A DNA stretch of 64,000 nt from Somniosus microcephalus (GCA_052327205.1 CM126232.1:9982001-10046000); one strand, 5' to 3'. Shown: positions 51,230 to 62,963, counted from the stretch's first letter. Made by a program: numbers and translations. Notes: generated from the sequence alone by a model not told the origin.

Positions 51230-51284
51230 GTCACCAGCTGGATGAACTTCTTGTCTTTGAAGAACGTGTGAGAGGCTGTTAGAG

Positions 51285-51367
51285 AAATGGGACTTTTTGC
51301 CTCACTCAGTTCCTCTTGCTGCGCTTGCAGTGTTTCTCTGATAAACCACAACTATAAATATTTTCTG
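51285..51367 (-). promoter_or_regulatory. Candidate proximal promoter/5' region of the lectin with ETS(PU.1), RUNX, GATA and TATA-like motifs
   Basis: AAGAGGAACTG (51307-51317), TGTGGTT (51344-51350), TGATAA (51339-51344) and TATTTATA (51353-51360), all within 130 bp of the ATG. Motif matches only. Confidence 0.45.
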
Positions 51368-52136
51368 TACGATAGCAAAATACTGCAGATGTTGGAAATC
51401 TGAAATTACAACAGAAAATGCTGGAAAAACTCAGCAGGTCAGGCAACATCCGTGGAGAGAAATTTGAGTTGATGTTTCGGGTTGGACCTGACCTGCTGAG
51501 TTTTTCCAGCATTTTCTGTTGTTATTTCAGATTTCCAACATCTGCAGTATTTTGCTATCGTACTAGTGTTTGGTTCACTGCCACACCTCTTCTAGGAATG
51601 CCTAACTTGAAGAAGTTCTGCTCTTCTCTTCGACGGGATCTCCGTTTGGCTCTTCAACCTTGTTCATCTTCATTACTTTCTTTTATTCTTTTGTCCGATC
51701 GCAGCCCTGCCTTCGATCTAGTTTCTTTTCTTTCCAGTTTTGAAGAAGGGTCCAACCCGAAACGTCAACTCAAATTTCTCTCCACGGATGTTGCCTGACC
51801 TGCTGAGTTTTTCCAGCATTTTCTGTTGTTATTTCAGATTTCCAACATCTGCAGTATTTTGCTATCGTACTAGTGTTTGGTTCACTGCCACACCTCTTCT
51901 AGGAATGCCTACCTTGAAGAAGTTCTTCTCTTCGACGGGATCTCCGTTTGGCTCTTCAACCTTGTTCATCTTCATTACTTTCTTTTATTCTTTTGTCCGA
52001 TCGCAGCCCTGCCTTCGATCTAGTTTCTTTTCTTTCCAGTTTTGAAGAAGGGTCCAACCCGAAACATCAACTCAAATTTCTCTCCACGGATGTTGCCTGA
52101 CCTGCTGAGTTTTTCCAGCATTTTCTGTTGTTATTT
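51368..52136 (+). mobile_element. Penelope-like element remnant: inverted 5' pLTR plus ~2.1 tandem pLTRs (~305 bp), with a 15-bp target-site duplication
   Basis: TATAAATATTTTCTG at 51353-51367 and 52137-52151. The unit restarts at 51487/51794/52096. Same terminal sequence as the GIY-YIG-bearing fragment at 53296-53830. Confidence 0.85.
51736..51770 (+). ncRNA. Minimal hammerhead-ribozyme-like motif (Penelope type); further copies at 52038-52072 (+) and 53395-53429 (-)
   Basis: AGTT-TTGAAGA-A-GGGTccaACCC-GAAAC-GTC-AACT gives stem I, a core with U in place of C3, stem II, GAAA, palindromic ACGT and a GUC site. Confidence 0.6.
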
Positions 52137-52344
52137 TATAAATATTTTCTGATGGACACACACTTCTGTTTTTAGATGATGGGTTTAAATGGCAATGCCC
52201 TGAACTGAGGACCTTGAGGGGTCCATCAGGCATTCCTGCCCTAAACCTGCTCTCAGACTGAGGGCTTTTATACAGATCTCTTTGGGTTTGTAGATATTCA
52301 CTGTCGTAGGTTCTTTCTTCCACTGCACACTATTCCAGAATATT

Positions 52345-54395
52345 ATGTTGCCTCCCTGGTGCCAGGGTCAAGGATGTCACTGAGCGGCAGCAGGACATTC
52401 TGAGGGGGGGAGGGTGAACAGCCAGATGTTGTGGTCCATCTCAGTACCAATGACATACGTAGAAAGAGGGATGAGGTCCTGCAAGCAGATTTTAGGGAGC
52501 TAGGAAAGAGATTAATAAGCAGGACCTCAAAGGTAGCAATCTCCGGATTACTCCCGGTGCCATGTGCTAGTGAGTACAGAAATACGAGGATAGAGCAGAT
52601 GAATGTGTGGTTGGAGAGATGGTGCAGGAGGGAGGGCTTTAGATTCCTGAGGCATTGGGACCAGTTCTGGGGGACGTGGGCCTTGTAAAAACCAAATGGG
52701 TTGCACCTCAACAGGGCCTGGAACAATATCCTCATGGGGCGGTTTGCCAGTGCTGTTGGGGAGGGTTTAAATTAGCTTGGCAGAGGAATGTCAACCTGAG
52801 AGTGTTTTCAGAAAGGAGGGAAGCAAAGTTGGAATTTAAGGCAGAAAATTAGAAAGTTAACTTGGAAGGCAGAGGAAAGAAAGGCTAGGAAATAGACAAG
52901 AAAAGGGTTTGGCAGTGCTTAATGTTATATACTTCAATGCATGGAGTATAGGGAATAAGGTAGATGAGCTGAGGGCACAGATAGACACTTGGAAGTATGA
53001 TATCATAGCTATTACTGAGACATGGCTGAAAGAAGGGCAGGAATGGCAGCTCAACATTCCTGGTTACAGGATTTTCAAATGAGATAGAGAGGGGGATAAA
53101 AAAAAGGAGGGGTGTCATAATATTGGTTAAAGAAACAATTACAGCTGTGAGGAGGGATGATATGTTAGAAGGATCATCAAATGAGGCTGTATGGGTTGAA
53201 CTGAAATACAAAAAAGGGCCAATCACACTGCTGGGACTGTACTATAGACCCCAAATAGTCAGAGATAGATAGAAGAGCAAATATGTAGGCATACAGTACG
53301 ATAGCAAAATACTGCAGATGCTGGAAATCCGAAATAACAACAGAAAATGCTGGAAAACTCAGCAGGTCAGGCAACATCTGTGGAGTGAAATTTGAGTTGA
53401 CGTTTCGGGTTGAACCCTTCTTCAAAACTGGAAAGAAAAGAAACTAGATCGAAGGCAGGGCTGCGATCGGACAAAAGAAGTGAAAGAAACAAAAGAGCTA
53501 GACGAGATGGTAATAGGCTGAGATTAGGTGTAAAGTGTACTGGCAGGGCAAGAGATAGCTGCCAGGTGTGAGACAGAAACAAAAGGAAAGGCGGGGGGGG
53601 AAAAGGAGTGGAAAAATTACAAGAAAAAATGAAATAGGGGCCGAGGTTATGATCTGAAATTGTTGAACTCGATATTGAGTCCGGAAGCCTGCAAAGTGCC
53701 TAATCGGAAGATGAGGTGCTGTTCCTCGAGTTTACGTTGAGCTTCCGTGGAACAATACAAGAGGCCAAGGACGGTGAGGTCTGAGTGGGAATGGAGCGGT
53801 GAATTAAAATGACAGGCGACTGGAAGCTCGACACTAGTTCGGCCACAGCTAGAATAATGTGTACAGTTCTGGTCACCACATTACAGGAAGGATGTGATTG
53901 CACTAGAGAGCATACGGAGGAAATTTACCAGGATGTTGCCGGGACTGGAGAATTTTAGCTATGAGGAAAGATTGGACAGGCTGGGGTTGTTTTCTTTGGG
54001 ACAGAGGAGGCTGAGGGGAGACGTGACTGAGGTGTATAAAATTATGAGGGGCCCCGATAAAGTGAATAGGAAGGACCTATTTCCCTTAGAAGAGAGGTCA
54101 ATAACCAGGGGGCATAGATTTAAAGTAATTGGTAGAAGTATTAGAGGGGAGTTGAGAATCTTTTTCACCCAAGAGTGGTGGGGGTCTGGAATGCAATGCC
54201 TGAAAGGGTTATAGAGGCAGAAAGCCTCATTACATTAAAAAAGTGCTTGGATATGCAGTTGAAGTGTCGTAACCTACAGGGCTACGGACCAAGAGCTGGA
54301 AAGTGGGATTAGGCTCGATAGCTCTATTTCAGCTGGGACAGAAACGATGGGCCGAATGGCTTCCTTCTGTGTCATAAGTTTCTATGATTCTATGA
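52345..54395 (+). mobile_element. CR1 LINE remnant: ORF1 esterase, ORF2 endonuclease start, then RT C-terminus and 3' tail; most of RT is replaced by a Penelope fragment
   Basis: CCLPGARVKDV...VVVHLSTNDI, YFNAWSIGNKVDEL...YDIIAITETWL, then ALESIRRKFTRMLPGLE...EERLDRLGLFSL and tail TTCTATGATTCTATGA. Confidence 0.88.
53296..53830 (-). mobile_element. Penelope-like element 3' end (GIY-YIG C-terminus plus pLTR)
   Basis: Minus strand LPVACHFNSPLHSHSD...EEQHLIFRLGTLQASGLNIEFNNF, followed by a pLTR with the hammerhead motif. Confidence 0.85.
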
Positions 54396-54639
54396 ACACG
54401 TCATTCCCACTGGATGGTTTTAGAATTCCCAATAAAGCATTGACGGCAGGTGGCAATGGGATGTTATCGGATGAGGAAGAGCTGCGTGTGCTTGGGGTGG
54501 AAGGGGCGAAGCAGTGGAACTGGCTGGATGGGTCAAAGAGACTGTGATTTGAGGTAATGGGTGGTATGTGTGAACCGAGGGTGATCGTGCTGTTGAAATG
54601 GGTGTGTTAGACATGTCCATTTTGTGATATCACAAAGAC

Positions 54640-55045
54640 CATGATGGCCAAGGGAGGCCATTCAGCCCATCTACCTCTTCCAATGAAACCTATGACCTCG
54701 CCCCTATCGCACTATTTAACTGCAGAGTTCCTGCCTCCTCTTCCCTACCCAGAGGCCACTGTGTGTTGTTCACTCTGTGTGTGAAGGGCTTTCTGTTGTC
54801 AGTCCTGAACCTGCCATTTCCCAGTTTGTACCCGTGTCTCCTTGTCCTGCTCTCATGGGTTAATGTGAAATAATGCTCCAGATTAACCCTTTCTATTCCA
54901 CGTGGCATCATATACACCTGGTGCCCTCCGCCATTTCCCCCCTAAAGTGTGGGGCCCAGAATTGAACACGATACTCCAGTTGGGGTCTAACCAGTGATTT
55001 ATAAAGGTTCACCATAACATCCTTGCTTTTGTACTCTATGCCTCG
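54640..55045 (-). mobile_element. Degenerate CR1 3' fragment
   Basis: RGIEYKSKDVMVNLYKSLVRPQLEYRVQFWAPHFR and RTRRHGYKL remnants. Confidence 0.75.
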
Positions 55046-55722
55046 ATGCTCCCGGGCACACGTCTCCCTGTAAGACAGCATGCTCACTGCCGCAGACTGA
55101 AGTCGATGCACAGGAGGCTGTGGAGAAAGTGCACAGAGGTTCCTTTATACAGGGTGATTCAAGGTGCTTTAGAGAATGCACACTGAAAAAATCTCCTTAA
55201 AAACTGTATTATGCAAAATATTCTGCTCTGATTTAGATTGCTAAACATGTGAAGAGATTTTAGTTTCTGTTTTACTATTTTGCAATGTTTCAGTAAATCA
55301 CAGCTCAATCCATCAGTGGCATTACTGTGACAATGATATAGTCTTCGGGACAACCTCCCTGAAACCCCTCCCTTTTAATCCTTCTTTCTTCCCTCCATCT
55401 TTAAATGTCTCCTTGTAGGAATTGTCAGATTCCTAATCAAAAGACTGAGATTGAGTCAGTCTGTCAACCAAACGAATTTAATACTGTTTTGCAGAAGTAA
55501 CAATCAAACGCAGGAGAACTAACAAACAGGTCTATGCTCAATGCTGGCTCCACGAGGACTGAGAGAGAGAGCTCCTCCCTCTGACGTCATGACATCATGA
55601 CGTTTCCCGCCGTTGGGAACGTCACGTGACCCACGTGGTGACGTCATCGCGTTTGGTCTTAACCCTCTAGGGACCGCGCTATTTACATGTAGTAAAACGA
55701 ATTCAGGTACAGATTCATTCTG

Positions 55723-58368
55723 CTACAGATAATTATGTACATTGATGTAAGAGTCCCTTGGTGGCTCTGCCACATGCGCCCCCCCAGAATTATCTTTAAT
55801 AGTGAAAGTCAATTGAAGAGGAGGTCGGACAAGTCTGTTCGAACGACTCCTATATTCCCGGAGAGGAATTTGTGGAGCGGTAGATGGGCTGACAGGTGGA
55901 ACGATCCGTTCGGACGTAGTAGCAGCGGGCGGTCGACCACGGTGTGGTGGCTGTGCAGTTTCAACCGGCCGGTTGAGGTCCAGGTGCGCGGGCTTGAGGC
56001 GGTCAATCGAAATGTAGTCGGGTTTGTCCCCGATGTCGACCAAAAAACTCTTGTCGCCAGCCTCCCGCACCCGGAAGGGGCCCGTATAAGGAGGCTGGAG
56101 TGGACCGCGATGGGCATCATGGCGAACGAAGACAAACTCGGCCTGCCTTAACTCCGTTGGAATATGAGAGGAAGGAAGGCCGTGGTGCGACATCGGAATC
56201 GGCTTAAAGGAGTTGGCCGTTTCTCGGTGGGTGCTGAGTTGATCAGCCGCGGACCACGGCTTAGTTGGCGATGGCAAGAAATCACCCGGCACCCGGAGTG
56301 GCTGGCCGTACACCAGTTCCGCGGAAGATGACTGCAGGTCTTCTTTAGGCGCCGTGCGCAAACCAAGCAGAACCCACGGGAGTCGATCTACCCATGCAGT
56401 GCCCTGAAGGGTGGCCCTTAGCGACGCTTTTAGCGACCGATGGAAACGCTCACACAACCCGTTCGCCTGCGGGCGGTAGGCCGTGGTGTGATGGAGCTTG
56501 GTGCCCAAACCTGAGGCTACAGCTTTCCAAAGTTCAGACGAAAACTGTGGACCGCGGTCGGACGAAATATCTGATGGGACACCGAAACGGGCGACCCACG
56601 AGGAGATAAAAGCCCTGGCGACATCAGCGGAGGTAGTAGACGCCAAAGGAACCGCCTCTGGCCATCTTGTAGTGCGGTCAACCATGGTCAGGAGGTGTGT
56701 GAACCCTTGTGACGGCGGAAGCGGCCCAACGAGGTCTACGTGGACATGGTCGAAACGGCGTTCTGGCACTTCGAAAGTGGCCAAGGGGGCTTTTACATGT
56801 CGTTGAACCTTAGATTTTTGACACACGGCGCAGGTGTTAGCCCAGTCACAAACATCTTTACGCATCCCTCTCCAGACGAATTTAGATGCCAGTAATCTTT
56901 GAGATGCCTTCGCACCAGGATGCAAAAGTCCGTGTATGGCATTGAAAACTTTGCGACGCCAGGAGGTCGGAACGATCGGGCGGGGATCCCCCAAGGAGAC
57001 GTCACAGAGCACGGAGGTGTATGCTGAGTGGAACTGCACATCTGCTGGCTGGAGGCAGGTTGAGTCGGAACGGAACGCCTGTGTTTCTGGATTGGTGGCT
57101 TGGTCGGCAGCCAGTTCGGAATAGTCGATCCCCAGCTGAACGGCTTGGACGGTCGCACGCGAAAGACAATCAGCCACCACGTTGTCCTTTCCGGCCACGT
57201 GCTGGATGTCGGTAGTAAACTCCGAAATAAAGGTAAGTTGTCGCTGCTGTCGAGCCGACCACGGTTCGGCGGTCTTGGCCATAGCAAACGTCAGTGGCTT
57301 GTGATCCACGAACGCGGTGAAGTGACACCCCTCTAATAAAAATGGAAAATGGCGGATAGCCAGAAACAGCGCCAACAACTCCCTGTCAAACGTGCTGTAT
57401 TTGCGCTCATTACGTCGTAGTTGGCGACTAAAAAACGCCAGTGGCTGCCACATGCCGCCGACCCACTGTTCTTGCACGGCGCCTATGGCGTAGTCCGAAG
57501 CGTCGGTCGTGAGAGCGAAAGTGGCACCCGGCAGTGGGTGTGCCAACATAGTTGCGTTTGCAAGAGCGGTCTTCATGTCGCTGAAGGCGCAGTCCATCTC
57601 GGGCGTCCAAACCACGGGCCCTTTACCCGGCTTTCCCCTGAGAGCCTCGTAGAGTGGTTGCATAAGTTGAGCAGCCCTGGGAACGAAACGGTGGTAAAAA
57701 TTTACCATACCCAGGAACTCCTGGAGGTCCTTGGTGGACTGCGGCCATGGGAAAACTGTAATCACCTCTACATTCGACTGAAGCGGCATCGCACCCTCCG
57801 AAGTGATGCGGTGGCCCGAGAAGTCGATATGTGGTTGGCCGAACTGACATTTGGCTGGGTTGATTATGAAACGATGCTGATGGAGGCGGCGAAACAGGGT
57901 GCACAACTGGCAGATGTGTTCCTCTTTGGTGGAGCTGGCGATCAGAATATCGTCAAGGTAGACGAATAAAAAGGGAAGGTCCCGGAGCACTGAATCCATC
58001 AGACGCTGAAACGCCTGCGCCGCATTCTTAAGCCCAAACGGCATCCGGAGGAACTGGAAGAGGCCAAAAGAAGTAATGACCGCCGTCTTTTGGATGTCTT
58101 GGGGGTGTACCGGCACTTGATGGTACCCCCGTACGAGGTCGACCTTCGAGAATATTGACTTTCCCGCCAAATGCGCGGAGAAATCCTGTATATGCGGTAT
58201 TGGGCACCGATTGGGAGTTGTAACGTCATTAAGGGGTCGGTAGTCACCGCATGGCCGCCATCCGCCACCGGGTTTCGGGACGATATGGAGTGGCAAGGAC
58301 CAGGGACTATTCGACTGGCGAATAATCCCCAACTGCTCCATTGCGGCGGATTCTGCCTTAGCGGCCAC
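55723..58368 (-). CDS. Gypsy pol (RT-RNase H-integrase), 881-aa open stretch
   Basis: [44 protein letters not shown] zinc finger, HVDLVGP...SDRGPQF...NGLCERFHR, and LQPPYTGPF (GPY/F). Confidence 0.93.
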   Translation of the reverse strand: MAAKAESAAMEQLGIIRQSNSPWSLPLHIVPKPGGGWRPCGDYRPLNDVTTPNRCPIPHIQDFSAHLAGKSIFSKVDLVRGYHQVPVHPQDIQKTAVITSFGLFQFLRMPFGLKNAAQAFQRLMDSVLRDLPFLFVYLDDILIASSTKEEHICQLCTLFRRLHQHRFIINPAKCQFGQPHIDFSGHRITSEGAMPLQSNVEVITVFPWPQSTKDLQEFLGMVNFYHRFVPRAAQLMQPLYEALRGKPGKGPVVWTPEMDCAFSDMKTALANATMLAHPLPGATFALTTDASDYAIGAVQEQWVGGMWQPLAFFSRQLRRNERKYSTFDRELLALFLAIRHFPFLLEGCHFTAFVDHKPLTFAMAKTAEPWSARQQRQLTFISEFTTDIQHVAGKDNVVADCLSRATVQAVQLGIDYSELAADQATNPETQAFRSDSTCLQPADVQFHSAYTSVLCDVSLGDPRPIVPTSWRRKVFNAIHGLLHPGAKASQRLLASKFVWRGMRKDVCDWANTCAVCQKSKVQRHVKAPLATFEVPERRFDHVHVDLVGPLPPSQGFTHLLTMVDRTTRWPEAVPLASTTSADVARAFISSWVARFGVPSDISSDRGPQFSSELWKAVASGLGTKLHHTTAYRPQANGLCERFHRSLKASLRATLQGTAWVDRLPWVLLGLRTAPKEDLQSSSAELVYGQPLRVPGDFLPSPTKPWSAADQLSTHRETANSFKPIPMSHHGLPSSHIPTELRQAEFVFVRHDAHRGPLQPPYTGPFRVREAGDKSFLVDIGDKPDYISIDRLKPAHLDLNRPVETAQPPHRGRPPAATTSERIVPPVSPSTAPQIPLREYRSRSNRLVRPPLQLTFTIKDNSGGAHVAEPPRDSYINVHNYL

Positions 58369-58478
58369 GAGTTTGAGGAGTTCCAGGCGGCGAGCTCATG
58401 CGTAAACCGGAAAGCCGGTCATTGCGATGTGGTGCTCCACGCCGTGTTTGCCGGTGGATGAGGAGAAAGTAGGCTTGG

Positions 58479-59554
58479 TTAGCTCCGGAAATTCCCCGAG
58501 CAGGCGAGTGAATTCATTAGGTGCGGGCGTAGCACAGGAGACTGTGTGCAACACAACTGTGCTGCGGAAACAAGGGATGGAGTTGAAAGTGGCCGCGTCG
58601 AATCTGCGCCGAGGATGGCTTGCGAGGTTTTGGCGGTGATGAAGTCCCATTGAAAATGCTGTCCGCCGAAACACACCTTGGCTCGCCGTTTACCGAAAGT
58701 ACGGATAGCACCGCCGTTGGTGGCCTGGAGGGGAAAACCACGCCTCCCAGTCTGGATGTCGAGGACGGAGGCGGGCATGATGCTACACTGCGCCCCTGTG
58801 TCGGATAAAAATCGTCGGCCGGAGATGGAATCAGTAATATAAAGGAGCTTCCCGGAATCGCCACTCGCCATCGCGGCCGTGGGACATCCCTCAGGCTCGG
58901 GCTTCCTTTCCCGGACTTGGCGCTGGTGTTTTTTCTTCGGTTGAGGCGTGAAACTGCAGGGAGGCCGGCAGCATCTGGCTCTCGCGCCGAAATGGGCGTG
59001 GTAAAAGCACAAGCCGGGCGATGGAGGCGTCGGGGCGGGATCCACGAGGGGGGGTTGCCTCGTGGCGGCGCAGTGACCGCATAAATGGTGTCTGCCTCAG
59101 CGGCAAGTGCGACGCAATCCGTAGCATCCGATCTTGCGAGGGCTGCCTGTACCTGCTCGGGCAATTGGCTCAAAAACAACTCTCGAAAGAGGAAGCATTG
59201 CGGTTCGGAGTGAAGGAGTGTGAGCATCTGGCACATTAACTCCGATGGCTTGGAGTCGCCTAACCCGGGCAGCGTAAGTAAACGGTGTGCGCGTTCCGCC
59301 TTCGTGAGGCCGAAAACCTGAATTAACCGCGCTTTTAGCATTTTGTACTTGCTGTCGACCGGGGGGTTTTCAAGCAGGTTGATGATCCTTGAAGCCGTGG
59401 AGCCGTCGAGTGCGGAGACCACGTAGAGGTAACGGGTCTGATCCGCCATGATGTTTCGCAGTTCAAACTGAGCTTCCGCTTGCACGAACCAGGAGGCCGC
59501 CTGTTGTTCCCAGAACTGAGGGAGCTTCAAAGCCACCACGTACGCTTCCATCAT
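58479..59554 (-). pseudogene. Gypsy gag-protease, frameshifted near 59045, with deletions
   Basis: ALKLPQFW....ASWFVQAEAQF gag N-terminus, CFYHAHFGARARCCRPPC knuckle, and FLSDTGAQCS aspartic protease motif. Confidence 0.88.
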
Positions 59555-60097
59555 CTCGTTGCACGTCGCTTCCTCCGCAAAGATCGTTCGCGAAAGTTCG
59601 GGGTCATCACTGTAGGAATTGTCAGATTCCTAATCAAAAGACTGAGATCGAGTCAGTCTGTTAACCAAACGAAGTTTAATACTGTTTTGCAGAAGTAACA
59701 ATCAAACGCAGGAGAACTAACAAACAGGTCTATGCTCAATGCTGGCTCCACGAGGACTGAGAGAGGGAGCTCCTGCATCACGTTTCCCGCCGTTGGGAAC
59801 GTCACGTGACCCACGTGGTGACATCATCGTGTTTGGTCTTAACCCTCTAGGGACCGCGCTATTTACATGTAGTAAAACGAATACAGGTACAGATTCATTC
59901 TGTTACAGATAATTATGTACATTGATATAAGAGTCCCTTGGTGGCTCTGCCACATCCTCACTATTTCTCGTTTTGCCTGTACATTCGGTCCCCTCCGCTC
60001 CCTCTCCTGCCCCTGCTCCGTGTTGCTACTCTCCTTTGTGAAGTGCTTTGCCATGTTTTGTTATGTCAAAACGCTGTATAAATGTCAATGTAAAATC

Positions 60098-60690
60098 TGT
60101 AACCTCGCCCGACTCTGCCCCTGCCTCAGCTCATCCATGCCTTTGTTACCTCTAGACTTGGCCACCCAACGCTCTCCTGGCCGGCCTTCCATCTTCCACC
60201 CTCCATAAACTTGAACTCATCCGGAGCTCTGCTGCCCGTACCTGAAATCGCACCAAGTCCCGCTCACTCATCACCCCTGTGCTCGCTGACCTACATTGGC
60301 GCCCTTGACGGCAACGCCTCCATTTTAAAATTCTCATCCTTGTTTGAAATCCCTCCCTGGCTTCGCCCCTCCCTATCTCTGTAACCTTCTCCAGCCCCAC
60401 AACCCCCCGAGAACTCTGCTCTCTTCCAATTCTGACCTCTTGCACACCCCCGATTTTAATCGCTCCCCCACTGGCGGCCGTGCCTTCAGCTGCCTAGGCC
60501 CTAAACTCTGGAATTCCCTCCCTAAACCTCTCCACCTCTCTCTCCTCCTTTAAGACGCTCCTTAATACCTAACATGTGTCCCAATATCTCCTTATGTTTC
60601 TCAGTGTCAATTTTGTTTGATAACGCTCCTGTAAAGTGCCTTGGGACATTTTACTATGTTGAACGCGCTATATAAATGCAACTTGTTGTA
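60098..60690 (+). mobile_element. L2 LINE 3' end
   Basis: Homologous to 48745-49335; ends GTGCCTTGGGACATTTTACTATGTTGAACGCGCTATATAAATGCAACTTGTTG. Confidence 0.85.
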
Positions 60691-60719
60691 AATCGTTCCA
60701 GTTCGGAATTCTGTCGAAA

Positions 60720-61165
60720 TAAAGAAGTTGCATTTATACAGCGCCTTTCACAGCCTCAGGGCATCCCAAAGCACTTGAAAACCAGTGAAGTACTTTTGGA
60801 GTGTAGCCACTGGTGTAATGTAGGAGGCGTGGGAGGCAATTTGTGCACAGCAAGCTGCCACAAACAGCAATGTGATAATGACCAGATAATCTGTTTCTAG
60901 TGATCTTGGTTGAGGGATAAATATTGGCCAGAACACCGGGGAGAACTCCCCTGCTCTTCTTTGAAATAGTGCAGTGGGATCCTGGGAGAGCAGACGGGGC
61001 CTCGGTTTAACGTCCCATCTGAAAGACGGCACCTCGGACAATGCAGCGCTCCCTCAGTACTGCACTGGGAGTCTCAGCCTGGAGTTTGTGCTGGAGTGGA
61101 GCTTGAACCCATAACCTTCTGACTCGGAGGTGAGAGCGCTGCCCTCTGAGCCATGGCTGACACTG
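60720..61165 (-). mobile_element. tRNA-headed Deu-domain SINE (SacSINE1-like), near full length
   Basis: Minus strand GTGTCAGCCATGGCTCAG...GGTTATGGGTTCAAGCTCCACTCCAG head, Deu core and L2-like tail. Confidence 0.8.
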
Positions 61166-61169
61166 AAGG

Positions 61170-61527
61170 AGTTTAAAATTATAAAGGATTCGATAGAGTA
61201 GATACAGAGAGACTATTTCCTCTGGTGTCAGAATTCAAAACAAGGAGGCAGAATCTTAAAATTAGAGTCAGGCTATTCAAGAGTGTTGAATCAGGAGGCA
61301 CTTCTTCCACACAAAGAGTAGTGGAAATCTGGAACTCTCTCTCCCAAAAGGCTGTGGATGCTGGGGACTAATTAAAATTTCCAATACTGAGATTGACAGA
61401 TTTTTATTAGGTAAGAGTGTCCAGTGATAAGGCAGGTAAATGGAGTTGAGCTACAGATAAGCCATGATCTCAGTACCTGGCAGAACAGGCTCGAGGGGCT
61501 GAATGACCTACTCCTGTTCCTATGTTC
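61170..61527 (+). mobile_element. CR1 3' end fragment
   Basis: FDRVDTERLFPLV remnant; tail GGCTCGAGGGGCTGAATGACCTACTCCTGTTCCTATGTTCC. Confidence 0.75.
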
Positions 61528-61627
61528 CTCTCCTTGGCAGCCATGTCTTTGATTGTGGCTCCTGTTCTCCACAGGGAATCGGTCTGTTTTCCACTGTGCA
61601 ATGCTGGAGCAGACCTTTCCTTCATAG

Positions 61628-61975
61628 TCAGCCTTGGCTCAGTCATAGCACTCTCACATCAGAGTCAGAAGGTCGTGCGTTCAAACCCCACTCCAGGACT
61701 TATGTCAACCCAGACTAAGGATTCCAGTGTGGTACAGAGGGAGTGCAGCACTGTCAAAGGTGACATCCTTCAGATGTGACAATAAATTGAGGCCCCATCT
61801 GCCAGTTCTGCTTCGTCAGGTAGATGTTACGGATCCCATGGCACTAATTGAAGAAGAACAAGTAATTCTCCCACTATACCCAACAATTAACCTTCACCCA
61901 ACACCACCAAAGACACATTAGTTATTCACCTCATTGCTCAATGTGGGATCTTACAGTGCACAAAATGGCTGCTGC
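61628..61975 (+). mobile_element. Degenerate tRNA-headed Deu-domain SINE
   Basis: TCAGCCTTGGCTCAG...GTTCAAACCCCACTCCAG head, homologous to 60720-61165. Confidence 0.65.
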
Positions 61976-62177
61976 AAAGTTATTCACTGTGTGCAAACTG
62001 ATTTTAGGCATTGATAAAGCAGGAGGCGAGGAGGAGTTGCAGAGTTCTGTGCCCTGCGAAAGAATGGATTCGAGGCAGAGATGGTTTAGGAGGAGGAGAA
62101 ACATGGAGGAGAATGCGTTTGTAGATTACATGGAGCCACGATGGAAAGTTTGGAGGATAAATGACTATAGTCTTATG

Positions 62178-62963
62178 GAAGTAGAAATGAGGAAGGTTGT
62201 GAAGGGTGAAGTAGAGATGAGGAAGGTTGTGAAGGGTGAAGTAGAGATGAGGAAAGTTGCGAAGGGTGAAGTAGAGATGAGGAAGGTTGTGAAGGGTGAA
62301 GTAGAGATGAGGAAGGTTCTGAAGGGTGAAGTAGAGATGAGGAAGGTTGTGAAGGGTGAAGTAGAGATGAGGAAGGTTGTGAAGGATGAAGTAGAGATGA
62401 GGAAGGTTGTGAAGGGTGAAGTAGAGATGAGGGAGGTTGTGAAGGGTGAGGTAGAGATGAGGAAAGTTGCGAAGGGTGAAGTAGAGATGAGGAAGGTTGT
62501 GAAGGGTGAGGTAGAGATGAGGAAGGTTGCGAAGGATGAAGTAGAGATGAGGAATGTTGCGAAGGATGAAGTAGAGATGAGGAAGGTTGTGAAGGGTGAA
62601 GTAGAGATGAGGGAGGTTGTGAAGGGTGAAGTAGAGATGAGGAAGGTTGTGAAGGGTGAATTAGAGATGAGGAAGTTTGTGAAGGGTGAAGTAGAGATGA
62701 GGAAGGTGGTAAAGGGTGAAGTAGAGATGAGGAAGTTTGAGAAGAGTGAAGTAGAGGTGAGGAAGGTTGTGAAGGGTGAAGTAGAGATGAGGAAGGTTGT
62801 GAAGGATGAAGTAGAGATGAGAAAGGTTGTGAAGGGTGAACTAGAGATGAGGAAGGTTGTGAAGGGTGAAGTAGAGATGAGGAAGGTTGTGAAGGGTGAA
62901 GTAGAGATGATGAAGGTTGTGAAGAGTGAAGTAGAAATGAGGAAGGTTGTGCAGGGTGAAGTA
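62178..62963. repeat. 30-bp purine-rich minisatellite GTAGAGATGAGGAAGGTTGTGAAGGGTGAA, 26 copies
   Basis: Exact 30-bp period with substitutions only and no indels. Confidence 0.97.

Larger units (their letters stand above)
55414..59954 (-). mobile_element. Complete Ty3/Gypsy LTR retrotransposon (frameshifted)
   Basis: LTRs 59611-59954 (5') and 55414-55774 (3') with TG...CA ends, TSD TCCT (55410-55413, 59955-59958), PBS TGATGACCCCGA (tRNA-Trp type, one mismatch), G-rich PPT next to the 3' LTR. Confidence 0.96.

Noticed and set aside
52072-52323. Tyr-containing ORF as the lectin's cytoplasmic exon
   Set aside because: It has a GTG start, weak splice signals and runs into the Penelope insertion. 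The exon at 51145-51229 has an ATG and the correct phase. An upstream non-coding exon cannot be excluded.
55735-59239. Numerous short antisense or alternate-frame ORFs, or an env gene, in the Gypsy element
   Set aside because: These are shadow ORFs of GC-rich pol. Pol runs up to the PPT/LTR, leaving no room for env.
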